From a virus (lineage: Duplodnaviria > Caudoviricetes), in IMG/VR virus record IMGVR_UViG_3300023174_000167, positions 1-63,938 of that record: DNA of 63,938 nt; one strand, 5' to 3'. A program made the position numbers and the translations under genes. Shown one piece after another: positions 59,501 to 63,938 of the stretch; within the stretch, counting starts at the first letter, position 1, and every line of letters begins with the position of its first letter. The notes below the pieces were generated by a model, which was not told where the DNA came from, made no database searches, and was given only the letters and a program-made list of their open reading frames with translations.

Positions 59501-60722
59501 CTGGGCAGATGTTACTGGGCAATGTCAAAATATTGTTAATAATTTCTCTAAAATTATTAAAAAAACAATAGTAAATGATAAGCCTGAATATTCTTACGTT
59601 ACAGACAATGCATTTAATCTAAAGATGGTGCATTGGACATCAGATGGTACAGATGGAGAAAATGCAACAGAGATTCTTCCTAGAACAGTTATTTCTGTTT
59701 TCCTTAATAATGTAGAGGTAACTGGTTGGCAAGTTCCTGGAGAATTTTATGATGAGCAAACAAATCCTTCAGGATCTGGGTGGAAGGCAACTGAAACAAA
59801 CCCAACAACTGGTATGAGACAAAAACCAACAATCGTTGATATTGATCCTACAGGTACAAAATTTGGTTTTTATGCAACTTTATCTCCTGCTACAATCTTA
59901 GGACTTCATCCACAAATAATTTATCCAACAACAACATCAGATTATCCAGCATCATTAAGAGAAATTCATGCAACCAAAAAACCACTAAAGGATAGAAGCG
60001 TAAATTATTTTTATCAGGATACAGAATTTTTAAATGGCATTATTCAGTCTCAACCACTGTATACTAATTCACCAACCTACTTAATGCAAACAACACCAGA
60101 AGTTTCGGGAATTAATTATTATGATGTTCAGTATTCAACTCCAGCAGCAGTATCAGTTGATGTTTTTCCAATTGAATATATGATGCGATATTTTCCAGGC
60201 AATGAAAAAGAAGACCAAGAAAACTATCAAAAGAAATTAGTAGACGAATACTCTTTGTCATACTCAACCCCAATTAATACAGGATTTAGGGCTAGAATGG
60301 CTATAGCTAATAACTCACCACATATGGTATTTTTAACAAGAGAAGCAGATGAACTAAACAACACAACCGTTAGTCTTAATCTCTGGACACACGAAATTAT
60401 TGCCCCATCAGAGCCAGAAATTATTGAAAGGATCATAGATCCAGCAAACTCATCTGAGGTAGTACAATTAGACTCAGAGTGGATACAGTCAAAACAAGCT
60501 GCTCAAAAAATGCTAAAAGTCATTCAGACGGGGCTTGAAGGTTTTTCTAAGAGTATCTCTTTAAATATTTTTGGCAACCCATTAATTCAAATTGGAGACA
60601 TAGTATCTCTCTCCTATTCTTTAAATGGGATTAGCCAACAAAAATACCTTGTTCACTCTGTTGCCCATAATTTTAAAGATGGCCTAGAAACATCTTTACA
60701 GCTTAAAAGAATACAAGAGTAA
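56595..60722 (+). CDS. large tail-tip/baseplate hub protein
   Basis: 1375 aa; C-terminal SEWIQS...FGNPLIQIGDIV. Confidence 0.8.
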   Translation: MLSNVSSSIFSNSESVTMSPVVSAEWNHNLFNPPYLTVAGTGTGLSKTLTSGTVSDVTVGAKTNFTTKSFAMFGGKGSVKYTAASANSPAYKIITYVKTNDPTPITITASGKGTGLQYGSETVEADSLGWTKVITYVGSNSTANPITSLVYTLSANSLSFDEINATVYFTEPEIYPTTFFDYQNHSLFPTESIFTYFRSGESYVQSGDSKFSFPSSYRKINSSLLNGYSAATYSPINPIIQNPKFFLASPPIPVLKNALPTDIAPYKYFVSDETSKSVTAIYEKSITTNKIVIKFNTLMTIPSVNISLNGSMLTVDGSQTITPPSNVDGKCVGILTLYWNGSAWTKTKWSTMPKFNDAGALSLTTSFSKITVTQVSKTINQEFSSYTSDDVLSDLGRMHVIEISPRLEIDLTDFVEDVSINKSLDGNNTVLPISSLNTNDANITLSGIPAMSGSTIVPIFSSQSDQASTVLANMLRKNIKFYINFNVINYTSIGSAPVTSNTYVPGGVFYSDSWNENDIQSISVQCFDVSRYLQSTPVPDYVANLKSVFEIITNILDLSGFTDYDYDSLYSICNNKNAPLDFSYYYCNSKDSTIVDSLNQIFVAYQIGAYINEYGVMKFLSLQNILSSSTSNISISDSNIVQGGLSVSNNAKPGKISLRYQSPKIKQSPSLQNITDLEIKNSPSFIYTTANSVVWSQESVDSVGFNYLDIDMGSDDNSFTINVNDLLDIFHTFNLNNSGYAFIDNEIVSFVYKEYLLSKVDDSSPILVSVKNNIELASEINKYIKKYSVGLKTSDGTTKEDYDYDVKIEPTGSITNVERGLFGTAPIEHKKISTLESKNLTNLTLTSSFEIIQNPGNYSVVDNNDVDSSLPSLKKIALGSVGSDKTIIVPSTEIDTGYKTYSVKFDMIDQDVCAAGLFFNMESTLSSAGTHFIELVRYNKTDPQTTLPYSPARYKYLLIIHDVDQNCHAWADVTGQCQNIVNNFSKIIKKTIVNDKPEYSYVTDNAFNLKMVHWTSDGTDGENATEILPRTVISVFLNNVEVTGWQVPGEFYDEQTNPSGSGWKATETNPTTGMRQKPTIVDIDPTGTKFGFYATLSPATILGLHPQIIYPTTTSDYPASLREIHATKKPLKDRSVNYFYQDTEFLNGIIQSQPLYTNSPTYLMQTTPEVSGINYYDVQYSTPAAVSVDVFPIEYMMRYFPGNEKEDQENYQKKLVDEYSLSYSTPINTGFRARMAIANNSPHMVFLTREADELNNTTVSLNLWTHEIIAPSEPEIIERIIDPANSSEVVQLDSEWIQSKQAAQKMLKVIQTGLEGFSKSISLNIFGNPLIQIGDIVSLSYSLNGISQQKYLVHSVAHNFKDGLETSLQLKRIQE

Positions 60723-60766
60723 AAGATTTAGCCAGCATGGTATAATTAACAGACGGGAGAACATAA

Positions 60767-61279
60767 ATGCCATATATCAAGATATCAGATCCAAACATTA
60801 TAGACCTAGCTGCATGGCATCAGGTTATCAATGTTGTAAACCAACATAGTGACAGCATCACGTCAATAACAAATAATTTTGGAGCACAAGGATTAACATT
60901 AACTGACTGGAATGGCTCAAGTGATATTGCTCACGAGTATAACCCAGGATCACAAAAGATTATTTATGGAAAAACCAAAATTGATACTACTAATGCTTCC
61001 AGCACTGCTGGCGATCACATGTATTATCTGACCATTGATTTAACAGAAAATGGAGCAACTGCTTTTAGTGCAAAGCCAATAATTACAGCAACAGCTACAT
61101 TTGGAAGCCAAGATGAAAATCCACCATCAACTACTAATGCAAATGTTGTTTGTACAATAATTGCAGTAAATGAAGATAGATTTACAGTTAGATTAGTAAA
61201 TGCAAGAAGTACAACCTCAAGTCCAGTTCCTCTTACAGGATATTTTTATATAAGCTGGACGGCTATAGGGCCTAAGTAA
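60767..61279 (+). CDS. minor tail protein (lectin-like C-terminus)
   Basis: FSAKPII...ISWTAIG. Confidence 0.65.
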   Translation: MPYIKISDPNIIDLAAWHQVINVVNQHSDSITSITNNFGAQGLTLTDWNGSSDIAHEYNPGSQKIIYGKTKIDTTNASSTAGDHMYYLTIDLTENGATAFSAKPIITATATFGSQDENPPSTTNANVVCTIIAVNEDRFTVRLVNARSTTSSPVPLTGYFYISWTAIGPK

Positions 61280-61293
61280 TTCTGGGCATACCC

Positions 61294-63938
61294 ATGAAAT
61301 CAAAATATAAAAGTGCTAAATCGGTTGCTAAAAATCAAACAGTACCAATAAGTGCTGATGATCCAAGAGTAGCATGGGATAAAATAGGAAGAACAAAGGC
61401 ACGTATTGGTGCAGAAATTGACATTGTTGGCATTGATGGAAAATCATTAATTTCTGGAGGAAAAACACCAAACAATCCAACAGGTGGAACAGACCCTAAT
61501 ACAAATACAAATGAAAAACCATTAACAACTGTTAAAACAGATGGAACAGTTCAATATGTAGATCTGTATAATATTAATCCTACAGAGCCAACAAACGTTG
61601 AAGCAGTTTGGTCTGGGGATGACTTAATTATTTCTTTTGACTGGGATTATTCTAATGCACAAAATTCTTTAGTCTCAGAGTTTATTATTAAATTAACTAG
61701 TAATGGAGTAACAAAACAAAATCAATACGGATTATTTAAACCTAATAAGACACAAACAGCCCAAACAATAACAATTACAAAAGCCATAAATACTCAGATG
61801 TTTAATATTTTTACTCCACAAATTAGTGCAATTTGTGTATTTTCTATTGATCCATTCTATAATGTTAGTGATTCGGTTTGTGCAGCCACCGTTCCAACTT
61901 ATGTTTTAGATTTGCCAGTTCCAACAATTACAGTTACTGCAATAACAAATGGTTATAGTGTTGCATATACAACACCAACAAGTACATCATATGATGCAAT
62001 CCAGATTGTTGAGTATGAATCAACATCTTCAACAGAGCCAACTGGAGTAACCTATAGTGCTACATACTTTGATACAATAAATCCTGCTACTGTTATTACT
62101 TCAAATACAAATGCTAGATGGGTTAAAGCAAGATTTTCTTCAGGCGGTGGAATTTTTACGGATTATTCTGCTGCTCAAAAGGTCACACCAACAAGCCCAG
62201 TTTCTGTTGACCTAACTCCTCCAAATGAAGTAACGCAAACCTCAGCAGTTTGGTCGGGGGATAATATTATAGTAAGTTATAAATTACCAGCACAGGATCA
62301 AGGTGTAAGAGTTCAGATACAATTAACTGCACCTAATAACCTTGTAGGATATTTTTATAGATTCCCTGATGGTAGCGGAAGAGATCAAACAACAACAATT
62401 ACTAAAAAAGATTTATTTGATCAATTTGGAGAACATTATAGTTCATTCTCTGGAATATTAAGAAGCATAGATGCAAATGATAATAGAAGTTCTGGAGTGT
62501 CATTTTCTGTACCAACAAGAACAAATCCATTATCAGGGATAACCCCAACTTTTACAACTGTAGCTTTATCTAATGCTTACTCAATTACTTTTACTTTGCC
62601 AACAGGAGCCGTTGCTGCACAAATTTATGCTAAGCACACTACCTGGTCTGGAAATCCTACAGATGATACATATCTTGTTTATTCAGGAATAAGTCCAGCG
62701 GTTATTTTAGATACAAACTATACAACTGTATACATTAAAGTTCGTTATTATGACGATTTTGGAAATACATCTAATTTTTCTGCACAAGCAACAGTTACAC
62801 CACTAAACCCTGGAGAAATAACTTCATTTGAAAATCCAATTTCATTTGGTACAAATGCTGTAATATATGCTGGAAATAGTGCAACTTCAGGAACAAGAAC
62901 TTTATTTAAGACTGGAGGCATTTTTGCATATGATGCAACTAATACTTCTCCATCAACACAAATAGTATCCAATGCATCTGCTGGAACTCCAACCTTTATA
63001 ACTACACAAGCACAGATAGCTGACTGGCAAATAACAAGTACAAAAATTGAAAATACTTTATCGGGAACTCCAACAAAATATACAGGATTATCTGCAACAG
63101 GAACATATTCATTTTGGGCGGGTAGTGATACATCAGGTGGAGACTCATCAGCAAACTTTACAGTAACTCCATTAGGAGCAGTAACAGCAAGAAATATTTC
63201 TATTGTAGGAAATGGTAGTGGCTCAAGCAATCTTATTAGTGCAGGTGGAGTATTTACAGTAAAAAATGATGGAACTGTAACGGCGACTTCGGCAACAATA
63301 ACAGGAGCAATTACAGCATCTTCTGGATCATTTACTGGAAATGTATCAATAGGATCTTCAGGTTCTTTATATTCTGGAACCTTATCGGGGGGTAATTTAT
63401 CTGGAGCTGGTTATATTTTAAATACCACTGGATTAACCTTTAATTCTTCTACAACAAATGGAATTACAACAATTAATGGTTCAACAGGTATTTTTACCAC
63501 AAAATCTGCTTCTATAGGTGGCTGGAATGTAGATACTTCAAAAATTTCAAAAGTAAATACTGGTCAAGGAAAAATTGTACTTGATTCAACAGCAGGTCAA
63601 ATATATATAACTGGAGATTCAGTTGAAAACTATTATGCTGGAATAAATGCAGGATCAGGAACAACAGATACGGTTTTTTGGGCGGGAACCAATTCAACAC
63701 CAAGCAATACTGCTAATGCATTTAGAGTTACAATGGGTGGAAAACTTTATGCATCAGATGTAGATATAACTGGAAAAGTAAGTGCAACAGATGGATACAT
63801 AGGAACATCTACAAATGGTTGGACAATTAGTTCTGAAAGAATTGTAGCAACTGGTACTGGAAGCATTCAAGTTGGTAATTTTAAAATACAAAGCCAATCA
63901 ACAACAGACTTTGCCATTGTTGATGTCACAGATACACA
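61294..63938 (+). CDS. large tail fibre/host-specificity protein, truncated at window end (not in ORF track)
   Basis: Frame from MKSKYKS appears open to the end; Ser/Thr-rich, Ig/FN3-like segments, then FWAG...FTVT fibre repeats. Confidence 0.85.
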   Translation, partial: MKSKYKSAKSVAKNQTVPISADDPRVAWDKIGRTKARIGAEIDIVGIDGKSLISGGKTPNNPTGGTDPNTNTNEKPLTTVKTDGTVQYVDLYNINPTEPTNVEAVWSGDDLIISFDWDYSNAQNSLVSEFIIKLTSNGVTKQNQYGLFKPNKTQTAQTITITKAINTQMFNIFTPQISAICVFSIDPFYNVSDSVCAATVPTYVLDLPVPTITVTAITNGYSVAYTTPTSTSYDAIQIVEYESTSSTEPTGVTYSATYFDTINPATVITSNTNARWVKARFSSGGGIFTDYSAAQKVTPTSPVSVDLTPPNEVTQTSAVWSGDNIIVSYKLPAQDQGVRVQIQLTAPNNLVGYFYRFPDGSGRDQTTTITKKDLFDQFGEHYSSFSGILRSIDANDNRSSGVSFSVPTRTNPLSGITPTFTTVALSNAYSITFTLPTGAVAAQIYAKHTTWSGNPTDDTYLVYSGISPAVILDTNYTTVYIKVRYYDDFGNTSNFSAQATVTPLNPGEITSFENPISFGTNAVIYAGNSATSGTRTLFKTGGIFAYDATNTSPSTQIVSNASAGTPTFITTQAQIADWQITSTKIENTLSGTPTKYTGLSATGTYSFWAGSDTSGGDSSANFTVTPLGAVTARNISIVGNGSGSSNLISAGGVFTVKNDGTVTATSATITGAITASSGSFTGNVSIGSSGSLYSGTLSGGNLSGAGYILNTTGLTFNSSTTNGITTINGSTGIFTTKSASIGGWNVDTSKISKVNTGQGKIVLDSTAGQIYITGDSVENYYAGINAGSGTTDTVFWAGTNSTPSNTANAFRVTMGGKLYASDVDITGKVSATDGYIGTSTNGWTISSERIVATGTGSIQVGNFKIQSQSTTDFAIVDVTDT

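Noticed and set aside
1-63938. Stop-codon reassignment, introns or inteins
   Set aside because: Long genes are intact in the standard code; RNR, portal and capsid have ordinary lengths with no visible insertions

Overview
This is a 64-kb fragment of a large, AT-rich tailed (siphovirus-type) phage genome. An actinobacterial host is inferred from AGAAAGG Shine-Dalgarno motifs, many apparently leaderless genes, and GP88-like, DUF932 and monomeric class II RNR genes; the host is not proven. 1-15 kb is an early/accessory region of many tiny ORFs plus tRNA-Asp, transcribed divergently from about 13.9 kb. 15-38.7 kb holds tail-fibre/decoration genes, a lytic transglycosylase and a four-gene glycosylation cassette. 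38.8-63.9 kb holds the class II RNR, portal, protease/scaffold, major capsid, neck, major tail, tail chaperones, tape measure and tail-tip genes, the last truncated by the window end. The most striking signals are non-coding. (i) Early intergenic DNA is packed with look-alikes of host regulator operators: about 11 CRP sites, tandem DnaA boxes, a tandem NrdR pair, an ArgR box, an MraZ triple repeat and GACAC motifs, suggesting a possible transcription-factor decoy or host-sensing array. (ii) Five copies of a compact, covarying H-type RNA pseudoknot lie just downstream of early genes. (iii) There is a fixed-spacing TGTCRG-N10-(-10) promoter class and a covarying 5'-leader hairpin. Unusual coding features are mirror-image paralogues on the two early arms, tail chaperones made by gene duplication rather than frameshifting, and a stand-alone copy of the capsid N-terminal arm. 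All family and motif assignments are by eye, without database searches.
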